Shown here piece by piece: positions 1 to 8,700 of a stretch of 27,659 bases of DNA (position 1 is the stretch's first letter; the number at the start of each line of letters is the position of its first letter). Made by a program: the position numbers and the translations under genes. The notes beneath the pieces are model-generated. The model was not told the DNA's origin. It did no database searches and worked only from the letters and a program-made list of their open reading frames with translations. This DNA comes from a virus (taxonomy: Duplodnaviria; Caudoviricetes): positions 1 through 27,659 of the IMG/VR virus record IMGVR_UViG_3300029807_000015; one strand, 5' to 3'.

Positions 1-24
1 ATTTACGCCGGAGGATGGAAATAG
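1..24 (+). CDS. 3' end of an upstream gene (…IYAGGWK*), possibly terminase large subunit
   Basis: Frame 1 reads att tac gcc gga gga tgg aaa TAG, and the TAG (22-24) overlaps a GTG (24-26) in the frame of the next ORF. The terminase identity is inferred only from position upstream of the portal. Confidence 0.3.
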   Translation: MYAGGWK

Positions 25-419
25 TGTTATTCGTTATAAAAGTAGGTCCTTATTATGAAGATGTGATAAAAGATTTATATATGACTGGTCCTGATTTAAT
101 GAATTATTTAGAAAAACATGCAAAGCAATATTTAAAAGAAGACCCTAATTTTTGTTATATAGCCCCTTCCAAATATATTGCTGATTATAGTGATGTATTA
201 GGCGGCCAGGGGCATTTTATTTGGTACTCCGATAGAGAAGAATATCTTAAAGTAATGAAAACTTTCGAATTGAAAAGTCCTCATATTTACCAGGCATTTG
301 TCTATTCAGATCCACCTGAATTAAAAAATACTTTTGATTATGAAGCAATAGGTTTACAAAGTAATGTTTCAGAAGATAATAAAGATGGTTTTTTAGTTTT
401 AAATTTTAAGGAAAACTAA
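24..419 (+). CDS. Hypothetical protein, paralog of 419..841
   Basis: The track starts it at ATG 15, which abuts GGAGG (10-14). GTG at 24 has 9-nt spacing from GGAGG and a TAGTG overlap, so it is the better start. It shares SDPPELKxTFDYxxIG with the next ORF. Confidence 0.7.
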   Translation: MLFVIKVGPYYEDVIKDLYMTGPDLMNYLEKHAKQYLKEDPNFCYIAPSKYIADYSDVLGGQGHFIWYSDREEYLKVMKTFELKSPHIYQAFVYSDPPELKNTFDYEAIGLQSNVSEDNKDGFLVLNFKEN

Positions 420-841
420 TGTATTTTGCTATCATAATATCTTTAGAAGACACTTTCTTTTCTAATTTAAAACCTAAAGAAGTTAAAACTTTGGGTAAAA
501 CTTTTAAAGAACATGCTGATAAATCTTCAGATAAAGAAATATTTATAATTAGTCACTGGCCAAAAAAAAGAAATATGTTAGATCCATTAGATGTTGGAAT
601 TATAAAGTTTATAAAAAAAGTTATAGGGCGAGATACATCTGATCCTACAGGTACACGAGGTTATATTATATGGACAGATATAGAAGCTAACTTGTATCAA
701 TCTGATAAAGTAAATATTATTTATAAAAAAGATTTCCCTCCAGATAAACACATAAGGGCCTTTTCAGACCCACCTGAATTAAAAGAAACATTCGATTATA
801 AAAAGATTGGCATATCAAAAGATATGATTGAACTTTATTAA
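419..841 (+). CDS. Hypothetical protein, paralog of 24..419
   Basis: 140 aa, TAATG overlap with the previous ORF, motifs GYIIWTD and AFSDPPELKETFDYKKIG. Confidence 0.75.
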   Translation: MYFAIIISLEDTFFSNLKPKEVKTLGKTFKEHADKSSDKEIFIISHWPKKRNMLDPLDVGIIKFIKKVIGRDTSDPTGTRGYIIWTDIEANLYQSDKVNIIYKKDFPPDKHIRAFSDPPELKETFDYKKIGISKDMIELY

Positions 842-850
842 GGAATAATA

Positions 851-1648
851 ATGGCCTTATCTAATAGCACAGGACATTTCCCAAAAGATTTTATACTTGA
901 AATAACCTTAGGTAGTATAAAAGGATTTAGTCAAGATTTTGTTGTAGGTGTACAAGAGAGCTTAGATATATCAGATGGAAATATTACTATTTGGGATAAT
1001 AAATTTACTTTAACGCGTTTAACTTCGGATACTGAGATATTTATAAATAGTACTAATACCGGGGATACTATGGACATAGTAGTTACCGGATTAGATATTA
1101 ATTTTGAGAAAAAGTCTTCTACAACTACATTGTCAGGACAAACTCAAGTCAGTATTGGTAATTTCAGACATATCCAGACAGGAATTGTCTCAGGGTCAGT
1201 CACACCTTCAGGGGATATCTATGTAGCTGAATCAGATACTTTAAGTTCCGGCGTACCAGATACAAATTCAAAAGTTAAATCTAAAATTATCCAGGGAAAG
1301 AATATAACGCATAATGCGTTTTTTATGGTGCCGAAAGGTAAGACAGCTATAACTATGGCAATCCGGGGCTCTACAGACAGTTCTACTAAAGCTGCTATAG
1401 TTGAGACTGTTGTTACATTAGATGGCGGAGTACCATTACAAAATATATCTTATGCGGTATCATTGAATTTTCCTCAGTTTTTATTCCCCGCGCCAGTAGC
1501 TACAGTTGATCTTTTTGGGGATATAATTTCTTCATTATCTGAAAAGACTTTTCTCGAATTTACAGCTAAGGCAGATGCTAATAATACACGAATATTATTT
1601 AGTATTGACTTAATTTGTGCTGATTCAGCACTTATATCATTAAGATAA
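851..1648 (+). CDS. Phage hypothetical protein, probably virion-associated (beta-rich)
   Basis: 265 aa, AGGA RBS at 841-844, Ser/Thr/Gly/Ile-rich with alternating hydrophobic strands (IVVTGLD, TLSGQTQV). Function is inferred. Confidence 0.6.
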   Translation: MALSNSTGHFPKDFILEITLGSIKGFSQDFVVGVQESLDISDGNITIWDNKFTLTRLTSDTEIFINSTNTGDTMDIVVTGLDINFEKKSSTTTLSGQTQVSIGNFRHIQTGIVSGSVTPSGDIYVAESDTLSSGVPDTNSKVKSKIIQGKNITHNAFFMVPKGKTAITMAIRGSTDSSTKAAIVETVVTLDGGVPLQNISYAVSLNFPQFLFPAPVATVDLFGDIISSLSEKTFLEFTAKADANNTRILFSIDLICADSALISLR

Positions 1649-1659
1649 GGTTATTAGTT

Positions 1660-1980
1660 ATGGCTTTTAAATTATTAGGCGCGGTAACAAGTACGGGTGT
1701 GAGTGTATCCAAAGATTTAGGGAAAGTGGTTAGCCATCATACAGTACAGATTACGACTACAGGTGACCCGACAGCAGTCACAGTTGATTTAGAGGCTAGT
1801 CTGGATAATGAAACTTTTATTCAAATAGGTACTCACCCATTTCCTGCTGAAGATATAACTGCGGGTAATGCTATGTTTCATGTAATTGATAAGCCTGTTC
1901 AGTTTATCCAATTAAATTTAACAACACTGACAGGAGGAACCGCGCCTACGGTTTCCGCATTTTACGACCATGTAGTATAA
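1660..1980 (+). CDS. Small beta-sandwich-like phage protein, putative structural
   Basis: 106 aa, TAAGG RBS, Thr/Val-rich, VTVDLEASLDNETF pattern like small virion beta-proteins. Confidence 0.6.
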   Translation: MAFKLLGAVTSTGVSVSKDLGKVVSHHTVQITTTGDPTAVTVDLEASLDNETFIQIGTHPFPAEDITAGNAMFHVIDKPVQFIQLNLTTLTGGTAPTVSAFYDHVV

Positions 1981-2045
1981 TGTAAGAATATAGTTTAGAA
2001 TTAGAAAGTTTATAACGTTGGTATTAATTTACAGAGGACAGAAAA

Positions 2046-2684
2046 ATGGCTGATACAGTGATCCAAGGCGGTCGTACAGGGGGCCTTGGTCCCGCAGCAG
2101 ATGGCGGTAATTCTTCAAATCGTTTAGGTCGTAATAACGAATTAGTAATAGCACAGGGCGTTGGTAAGTATCATGAAGCCGCGTCAAGAGGTAATATTTT
2201 TATGGCGAGTACTGCCGTAGGTGGTGTGGCTCCGGGTACTGCGTTATCTACAACACCTCCTTTAGATATTCATAATCCTGATGGTTCAGGTGTCTTAGTA
2301 TCTATTTTAGATATTTATGTGGGGTATGTATCAGGTACTTTAGGTGCGGGGTCATTAGTTCATTCACGTACAGTACAAACTGCGGTGCCAACAACAGGCA
2401 CAACTCTGACAATTCAAAATGCTAAGTTAGGTGCGGCTGCAGGCTCTGCAACTGCTGGTGAAGGTAGAACAGTTGCTGCCACGCCTACAATAATCAGACC
2501 TTCAGGTATTATCTTGGGCGCGAGTTTGGCAACTACTGCTGCGCTACCTGTATTAATGCATGAGCATGTTGGGGGCTCCATTGTTATTCCTGAGAATGAT
2601 GATTGGTCATTAGAAGGTGTAGCCGCTGGTGGCTCAACACCTTTGTTAATATTATCAGTTGTATGGCAAGAGATAAAACAATAA
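2046..2684 (+). CDS. Gly/Ala/Thr-rich phage protein, putative structural
   Basis: 212 aa, GAGGA RBS, composition and codon usage like the capsid genes. Confidence 0.65.
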   Translation: MADTVIQGGRTGGLGPAADGGNSSNRLGRNNELVIAQGVGKYHEAASRGNIFMASTAVGGVAPGTALSTTPPLDIHNPDGSGVLVSILDIYVGYVSGTLGAGSLVHSRTVQTAVPTTGTTLTIQNAKLGAAAGSATAGEGRTVAATPTIIRPSGIILGASLATTAALPVLMHEHVGGSIVIPENDDWSLEGVAAGGSTPLLILSVVWQEIKQ

Positions 2685-2685
2685 C

Positions 2686-2970
2686 ATGCCTGCATGGAAT
2701 TTTGGAGTGGTCGATCTGGAAACAGATATTTCTACAGTAACGCCTGCAGCGGCTTTAGTGAAAGGTTTTTATGTTAATACTGTATTATCAGCGCATGCTG
2801 TAGTTATAAAGAATGGTACTACTGCGGTGTTTACGATTGAGGCGAATAAAGCTGCAGGGTCACTTGTTGATTTTGCCGGGACGGATGGAGTTATATTTGA
2901 TACCAGCGTTATAGTAGATCCAGATAATTCCTCCACTGGCAATATAACGGTAATATATAGAGACAGATAG
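2686..2970 (+). CDS. Small beta-rich phage protein, putative structural
   Basis: 94 aa, starts 1 nt after the previous stop, Val/Thr-rich strand pattern. Confidence 0.6.
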   Translation: MPAWNFGVVDLETDISTVTPAAALVKGFYVNTVLSAHAVVIKNGTTAVFTIEANKAAGSLVDFAGTDGVIFDTSVIVDPDNSSTGNITVIYRDR

Positions 2971-2974
2971 TAAA

Positions 2975-5389
2975 ATGCCGTATAAGAGTAAAAGGTCTAA
3001 AAAACACCCCTTAACAACAGGAAATAAGCCTGATCCACACTATGCGTCCATAGAAACTATTGAAACCCTTGAAGCCGAGAGTCTAACATCGACACCAAGT
3101 CGTATGCAAATTAACAAGCATGACTTGTATGACCGCCTTAATGTTATCGGGTTATCCCTGGCACAAATACGCTCAGAAGCAATCGCAGGGCGCCAGGATT
3201 CGGGGATAGAGGATGAGTGGTTGGAGGATGAGGAATATTATGAAGGCATTGATGATGCTAACAGAGGTGAGTTAAAAGCATGGCGTGGTAAGCCTTTAGG
3301 CGCTCAGTATCCGAGTTCTAATGAAGATACCGAAGGCTCAACTATTTTCCCTAATATAACCCGGCCATATGTTGATGGTGCTGCTGCACGTATGGGCGAT
3401 CTATTATTTCCTACTGATGGTGAGCCCCCTTTTTCTATTGGCCCCACTCCCAACCCAGATATGATCGACATTTCAAAAGGGAATATACCAGATAAAATAA
3501 AAGAGGGTATTCAAAAAGAAAATCCTGAAGATGAAGAACGCCGACAAAGGCAGACCGATAATATCGTAGCTGATGCTAAAGACGTTGTAAGAAAGGCTAA
3601 AGAGGCCGCTAAAAAAGCTGAGTCAAAAATATGGGATTGGTGCGTAGAGTCCAGGTATCATACGCATAATCGTAGAGTAATAGAAGATGCATGTAAGGTG
3701 GGTACAGGAATATTGAAAGGGCCAATTCCGGTCAAAGATACAAAAATAATGTACAAAAATGGAAAGGTTATTAATATAGAGCAAATAAAACCTGCATCAG
3801 TTAGAGTGTTCTACAGAAACTTTTTCCCTGATCCAGCGTGTGGTGAGGATATACATAACGGAAATTACACTTGGGAAAAGGACGAAATTACAAGGAGCTA
3901 TCTTCAGAAGTTAAAAAATGTACCGGGATATATAAATGAACAAATAGACAGAGTCATAGAAGAAGGACCTTTTGTAGCGTATAAAGAATTCAAAGATGAT
4001 ATGGATACGCCGGGGCTAAAACAGTATTCGTATACTAAAAAGAATATGTATGAGATCTGGTATTATCACGGGTCTATACATAAAGATGATTTATTAATAA
4101 TGGATATGTTATCTGATAGAAAAGACTACAGCCATCATGAGGATAATGATAATGATTGGTTTTTTGTTCAGTTAACAATGGTCAATAACCGGGTTCTAAA
4201 AGCGTCAATATCTCATATGCAAAATGGTGCATTTCCTTATGATGTTATGGTATGGCAACGTAGATTAGGTTTGCCCTGGGGTATCGGACTTGCCAGGCAA
4301 ATAAGAACTTCTCAAAGGATGGTAACAGGTGCTACGCGTCATATGATGGATAACGCCGGGGCCGCAGGTGGCCCGATGTTATTTGTTGATACTAATTTAA
4401 TTCAGGCTGCAGATGGTGTTAATTCGATAGAACCCTGGAAGGTATATGTTGGCGCAGATGATTATGATCCAAGTAAACATCATGTAGGTAACGGCATACA
4501 ATACATTCTCGCGCCTATGGTTCAGGAAGAACTACAAAAAATTATTGAACTCGGTTTAAAAATGGCCGAGGAAACGACAGGTATGCCGTTAATTTTGCAG
4601 GGACAGGTTAGTCAGGATACGCCTGATACATTGGGCGGTATGATATTACAAAATAATAATGCGTCTTCAATGTTAAGGCGCGTGGCGAGACTTTATGACG
4701 ATTATATTACCAAGCCTCATATACAGAGATATTACAACCACTTACTACAATTTGTTGATGATGATTCCTTGAAAGGTGATTTTAATATAATTGCGTTAGG
4801 TGCTTCATCCTTAATAGAACGAGAAATAGCAAATCAGGCTATTTATACGATAGGTGAATTTGTTCTTAATCCGGTATTTAAAAAAGATCCATTAAAATGG
4901 ATAGATGAAGTATTGAGGATCAGCAAAATAGATCCTGCTCGTTTAGAATATGATGATGTAGAATGGCAACAAATAGTTGAGGGCATGGCGGCGGCCCAAG
5001 AGCCTCCTCCTGATCCTAAATTAGAAATAGCGAAATTAAATGCTGAAGTTAATGAACGTATGCAAAAATTTGAAAAAGAATTGTTCATTAAGAAAAGTGA
5101 TCTGGACAGGTCATCCAGAGAACGCATAGCGCAAATGAAACATGAGAGTGAAGATAAAGACAGACAAGTAAAAGTATTGTTATCTCAGGCTACCCAGGAT
5201 TTAGAAGCTCTCATTATGCAAATGAAGGAAAAAGGATCTGATAGCAGACATTTAGAAGACATCAAGCAAAAAGTTCAGGATACTGTGATGAAGTTAAAGG
5301 CGCAGATCCAGTTAAGTGATAGAGAAGTATCCGAGCCATTAGTTGAGCCGAAAGGCCGAGCACCTGATGGACAATCTTATGAAAAGTAA
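2975..5389 (+). CDS. Portal protein (podovirus type, long C-terminal coiled coil)
   Basis: 804 aa with portal-like motifs EWLEDEEYYEG, IFPNITR, DACKVGTGILKGP, FFPDP, PWGIG, EETTG. PPPDPK is followed by a charged helical tail. Lies upstream of scaffold and capsid genes. Confidence 0.85.
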   Translation: MPYKSKRSKKHPLTTGNKPDPHYASIETIETLEAESLTSTPSRMQINKHDLYDRLNVIGLSLAQIRSEAIAGRQDSGIEDEWLEDEEYYEGIDDANRGELKAWRGKPLGAQYPSSNEDTEGSTIFPNITRPYVDGAAARMGDLLFPTDGEPPFSIGPTPNPDMIDISKGNIPDKIKEGIQKENPEDEERRQRQTDNIVADAKDVVRKAKEAAKKAESKIWDWCVESRYHTHNRRVIEDACKVGTGILKGPIPVKDTKIMYKNGKVINIEQIKPASVRVFYRNFFPDPACGEDIHNGNYTWEKDEITRSYLQKLKNVPGYINEQIDRVIEEGPFVAYKEFKDDMDTPGLKQYSYTKKNMYEIWYYHGSIHKDDLLIMDMLSDRKDYSHHEDNDNDWFFVQLTMVNNRVLKASISHMQNGAFPYDVMVWQRRLGLPWGIGLARQIRTSQRMVTGATRHMMDNAGAAGGPMLFVDTNLIQAADGVNSIEPWKVYVGADDYDPSKHHVGNGIQYILAPMVQEELQKIIELGLKMAEETTGMPLILQGQVSQDTPDTLGGMILQNNNASSMLRRVARLYDDYITKPHIQRYYNHLLQFVDDDSLKGDFNIIALGASSLIEREIANQAIYTIGEFVLNPVFKKDPLKWIDEVLRISKIDPARLEYDDVEWQQIVEGMAAAQEPPPDPKLEIAKLNAEVNERMQKFEKELFIKKSDLDRSSRERIAQMKHESEDKDRQVKVLLSQATQDLEALIMQMKEKGSDSRHLEDIKQKVQDTVMKLKAQIQLSDREVSEPLVEPKGRAPDGQSYEK

Positions 5390-5552
5390 ATTTTATGTTG
5401 ACAATGAATTAAAAGATATAGATAAAACTGTAAGTTTGGATGATTTACGTAGTATTACACGCTCTTTAGAAACTAATCGATATGTAAAAGATTCATTAGA
5501 AGAATATTTAGAATTTATAAAAGTATTAGAATTGTTAAGTAAACATAAATAG
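5379..5552 (+). CDS. Small hypothetical protein (57 aa)
   Basis: ATG at 5379 overlaps the portal end and is more plausible than the track's TTG start at 5343. Confidence 0.5.
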   Translation: MKSKFYVDNELKDIDKTVSLDDLRSITRSLETNRYVKDSLEEYLEFIKVLELLSKHK

Positions 5553-5566
5553 AGAGGAAATATAAC

Positions 5567-5707
5567 ATGTTAGACCTTATGCCTAAAAAGGGTGGTTACT
5601 ATAATGGTGATGGCCAAAAATCAGATAAAAAAAGATCTAAGAAAAAAGAGAAGAAAAAAGATAAAAAAAGAAAAACTACTAATATTCCTGATATGCCAGG
5701 ATACTAA
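5567..5707 (+). CDS. Small lysine-rich protein (46 aa), not in ORF track
   Basis: GAGAGG RBS at 5552-5557. Translates MLDLMPKKGGYYNGDGQKSDKKRSKKKEKKKDKKRKTTNIPDMPGY*. Confidence 0.65.
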   Translation: MLDLMPKKGGYYNGDGQKSDKKRSKKKEKKKDKKRKTTNIPDMPGY

Positions 5708-5709
5708 TA

Positions 5710-5761
5710 AAATGTTATTTGAGTATAGTTATTTTGTTATAACTATATTCAAATAACATTT
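5710..5761. repeat. 23-bp inverted repeat / RNA hairpin
   Basis: aaatgttatttgagtatagttat (5710-5732), loop tttgtt, ataactatattcaaataacattt (5739-5761). The only mismatch is a G-T pair. Confidence 0.9.
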
Positions 5762-5783
5762 AATATATTAAAAGGAATGTAAA

Positions 5784-6191
5784 ATGTCTCATTTTTGTCA
5801 ATTTTGTGATAAAGAAATGGTACTGGCTCAAAGCATAGTATATGTGAGAGACTATATAACATGCGGGGCTGCCAAGTGTGCAAAAAAAGCTAAAAAAGTT
5901 TCTATTGAAATATATAAAGAACAAAATTCTATAATGGGGCAAGTTGATTTATTAGTTTTCAGATCAAAAAATCCTGAAGATGAAGATTCGTGGGGCCTGG
6001 TCGAACCTAAAGACCAACCTGCGTTTCTAAAGAATTCCAGTATTGTTGATACTATGTTATTAGAATGCGTTCTTGGTCGTAGAAAAAATGATGACTATTT
6101 TTATCTGATAAGAAAAAAATCCGAAGTACAGGATGAATTAGATAAAGCTTTAGCCGAACAAAATAAAACTGAAACTAAAGAGCCTCAATAA
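5784..6191 (+). CDS. Hypothetical protein with putative N-terminal Zn-binding motif
   Basis: 135 aa, AAGGA RBS, CQFC…CGAAKC (four Cys). Confidence 0.65.
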   Translation: MSHFCQFCDKEMVLAQSIVYVRDYITCGAAKCAKKAKKVSIEIYKEQNSIMGQVDLLVFRSKNPEDEDSWGLVEPKDQPAFLKNSSIVDTMLLECVLGRRKNDDYFYLIRKKSEVQDELDKALAEQNKTETKEPQ

Positions 6192-6370
6192 TGGAAAAAT
6201 TATTAGTAAATTTTGAATTAGAAGCTTCTGGTATAGTAAAAATACTAGAATTATTAAATGAGAGACTTGAAAAACACAGAGCATCAAATGATAGTATTGA
6301 TGCAAGTGTTTTGTTAAGAGGCCAGATAGCTGAAATTAAGTATCTTAAAAAACGTATATGGGGGTTTTAA
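6191..6370 (+). CDS. Small helical head-module protein (59 aa), not in ORF track
   Basis: TAATG overlaps at both ends. MEKLLVNFELEASGIVKILELLNERLEKHRASNDSIDASVLLRGQIAEIKYLKKRIWGF*. The RL…ND…LRGQIAEIK pattern resembles small portal-to-scaffold ORFs of podophages. Confidence 0.75.
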   Translation: MEKLLVNFELEASGIVKILELLNERLEKHRASNDSIDASVLLRGQIAEIKYLKKRIWGF

Positions 6371-7491
6371 TGGCAACTAGAACTGAAATAGATGCGGCAT
6401 TCGCTGCCGGATATAGCGCTGATGATGAATATGAGTTTAGTGATGAACCAGATACCTCGGAAGTATCGGAAGTATCGGAAGGTGGATCAGATATAGCGCC
6501 TGTAGTCCCTGCAGCAGTTACACTAGAAACTCCGGTAGCTGCAGCATCTGAAGTTCCTGCAGTAGTTACCCCAGAAACTCCGGCAGTAGTTACACCGGAA
6601 GTTAATATTGATCCAGTTGTTGATGAATGGGCGGGAGTGCCAGATGCTATTAAGGCAAAGTTTGAGCAAATGAGTGTAGACCTTGATAGTGCAGTTAATA
6701 TTGCTAAGTCTGCGTCAGGCAGGGCTAATAAATTACAGAGTTTGTACCAAAAACAAGAATATGAAAATCGGAATGTAGTTAAACCTACTAGCGAACAAAT
6801 AAAAGATGCTATGACTAATAAGGAAAGTCGTGAGGCTTTACGTAATGATGGTTTACCTGAAGTTGCTTCGGCCTTTGATGCTATGGATATTTCAGTAAGT
6901 ACTTCTGTAGGAGATACTTTAGATAAATTTAAAAATGAATTATTAGTTAGTACCAGACAATTTCAAGAAGATTTTGAAATGAAACGTATTCTTGACAAAA
7001 GCCATCCAGAATGGGAATATACAGTACAAAATGAGACTTTCAAAAATTGGGCTTATGAAAATGGGCCTAATATAAATGAAAGATTGCAATACGAAACTTT
7101 ATTAAGTAATGCAAGTTCATTACAAAATAGTGTACCAGGTGAAGCAAATGCTATATTTGCTCAAGCTGATAATTATTATAATAACTTACTTAGTACGTAC
7201 CCTGAATGGGCAAATGATAAAGGCTCTTTATATGGAGACCCTTCAGCAAATGCCGCAATCACGCTACTTGATAAGTACAGTAAATTTAATAACACTAATA
7301 CTGATGTAACTACTAGTATTACTGAACAACCTAATGTAATTGCTAATGCTGCTCAGGCAAAAAATCAACAGATATTAGCGGATAATGTAGCGCCTACTAA
7401 TGGTGCAGGCCCTGCAGCAGTCCCGGATATGTCTCAAGATGTAGATGAAGCTTTTAAAACAGGTTTCTATGGTCACAGATCACAAAGATAG
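6370..7491 (+). CDS. Capsid scaffolding protein (putative)
   Basis: Start revised to ATG 6370 (TAATG coupling). Acidic, Pro/Ala/Val low-complexity N-terminus, coiled-coil middle, HPEW motif, immediately upstream of the capsid gene. Confidence 0.7.
   Translation: MATRTEIDAAFAAGYSADDEYEFSDEPDTSEVSEVSEGGSDIAPVVPAAVTLETPVAAASEVPAVVTPETPAVVTPEVNIDPVVDEWAGVPDAIKAKFEQMSVDLDSAVNIAKSASGRANKLQSLYQKQEYENRNVVKPTSEQIKDAMTNKESREALRNDGLPEVASAFDAMDISVSTSVGDTLDKFKNELLVSTRQFQEDFEMKRILDKSHPEWEYTVQNETFKNWAYENGPNINERLQYETLLSNASSLQNSVPGEANAIFAQADNYYNNLLSTYPEWANDKGSLYGDPSANAAITLLDKYSKFNNTNTDVTTSITEQPNVIANAAQAKNQQILADNVAPTNGAGPAAVPDMSQDVDEAFKTGFYGHRSQR
6457..6600 (+). repeat. Coding tandem repeats in the scaffold linker
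   Basis: tcggaagta x2.7 (6457-6480, SEV repeats), then degenerate PAVVTPET-type repeats. Confidence 0.75.
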
Positions 7492-7554
7492 GCGCTTTAT
7501 AGCCCCTTAAAATAATACCCGGACGACTTTTATATCCTTCGGCAATAAAATATA

Positions 7555-7591
7555 GATAATATCTAACATTATAAAAATGTTAGGTATTGTT
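7555..7591 (+). promoter_or_regulatory. 16-bp hairpin in the capsid-gene leader
   Basis: gataatatctaacatt / ataaa / aatgttaggtattgtt. Three G-U pairs and no other mismatches. Ends 17 nt before the AGGAG RBS (7609-7613). Confidence 0.6.
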
Positions 7592-7619
7592 AGTATGCTC
7601 GATATATCAGGAGTCTATA

Positions 7620-8672
7620 ATGGCTATTGTAAGTTATGATACGAATACGCCCCGTATCGCAAAAGTTAAGGGCGAAATCCTAAAACATGCCATCCCCCGT
7701 ATGGTGTTATCTATTACAGGTACACAACATAGGATCGGTAAAAATATGTCTGATACTGTTGTATTCAGACGTTGGCTACCATTTGGTGGTGCTACTACAA
7801 ATTCTACAACAATCAATGAATGGGTAGTAGATGAAAATAAACATTTAACTACAGATGGTGTTACTCCTGTAGCAGATACTATCACGCCTCAAGATATCAC
7901 AGTTCAGCTTAATCAATATTCAGTTTTGTATTCTTATACTGATAAAACTGCTGAGTTATATGAGGACGACATTCCTAAACCTATGATGAAACAGGCTGGT
8001 CAGCGTATGGGCCTTGTTAAAGAACTTCTTGCTTATGGTATATTGAAAGCAAGTACTAACAAGTATTATGCAGGTGGTACGACAAGAGCAACAGTAGATG
8101 AAACGGTAACTTTAAACAGACTCCGTAATATCACGCGTTCCTTAGAAGCTAATAGGGCTGATATGATAACTGAAGTTATTGACGCATCCCCTTATTATAA
8201 TACATCACCTGTAGAAGCTGGATATTTAGTATTTACTGATACTGATATGGCTCATGACATACGTGAGATCCAAGGTTTCACTAAAGCGGCTGAGTATGGC
8301 GAAATGGGTATGAAAGCTCACCCAAGAGAATTAGGTGCAGTTGATGAATATCGTTTTATCACTTCGCCTGAATTATCTCCTGTTTTAGCTGCAGGTGCTG
8401 CAGTAGGTACTACAGGTTTAATCTCTGATGCCAGTGTTAACATAGATGTTTATTTTTTAATTGTTGTAGCTGAAGATGCATGGGGGGATGTTGCACTTCG
8501 TGGTTTAGATGGTTTTAGTTTGACTCACTTACCGCACAATAAAAAAGATAAACAAGATCCATTAGGTCAACGTGGTTATATCGGTGGTAAATTTTGGGCC
8601 GCACCATTTATGCAAAATGATGGTTGGGCAGCAATATTAGAAACTGGTGCTACAGATTTGGCTGATACCTAA
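7620..8672 (+). CDS. Major capsid protein, N4-gp56 family
   Basis: Start revised to ATG 7620 (AGGAG RBS), 350 aa. Motifs VVFRRW, DGVTP…ITPQDITVQLNQY, ELGAVDEYRFI and KQDPLGQRGYIGGK match this capsid family as I recall it. Confidence 0.9.
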   Translation: MAIVSYDTNTPRIAKVKGEILKHAIPRMVLSITGTQHRIGKNMSDTVVFRRWLPFGGATTNSTTINEWVVDENKHLTTDGVTPVADTITPQDITVQLNQYSVLYSYTDKTAELYEDDIPKPMMKQAGQRMGLVKELLAYGILKASTNKYYAGGTTRATVDETVTLNRLRNITRSLEANRADMITEVIDASPYYNTSPVEAGYLVFTDTDMAHDIREIQGFTKAAEYGEMGMKAHPRELGAVDEYRFITSPELSPVLAAGAAVGTTGLISDASVNIDVYFLIVVAEDAWGDVALRGLDGFSLTHLPHNKKDKQDPLGQRGYIGGKFWAAPFMQNDGWAAILETGATDLADT

Positions 8673-8700
8673 TAACTAAAGCATAGAGAGGTTAACTATT

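Noticed and set aside
1953-1981. TATAAT at 1976-1981 as a sigma70 promoter for 2046
   Set aside because: The -35 position reads TTCCGC, there is no extended -10 TG, and the hexamer overlaps a stop codon in AT-rich DNA.
7528-7550. cUUCGg tetraloop hairpin upstream of the capsid gene
   Set aside because: The stem next to the loop is broken by a C-C mismatch and a bulge, so it is too weak to support.
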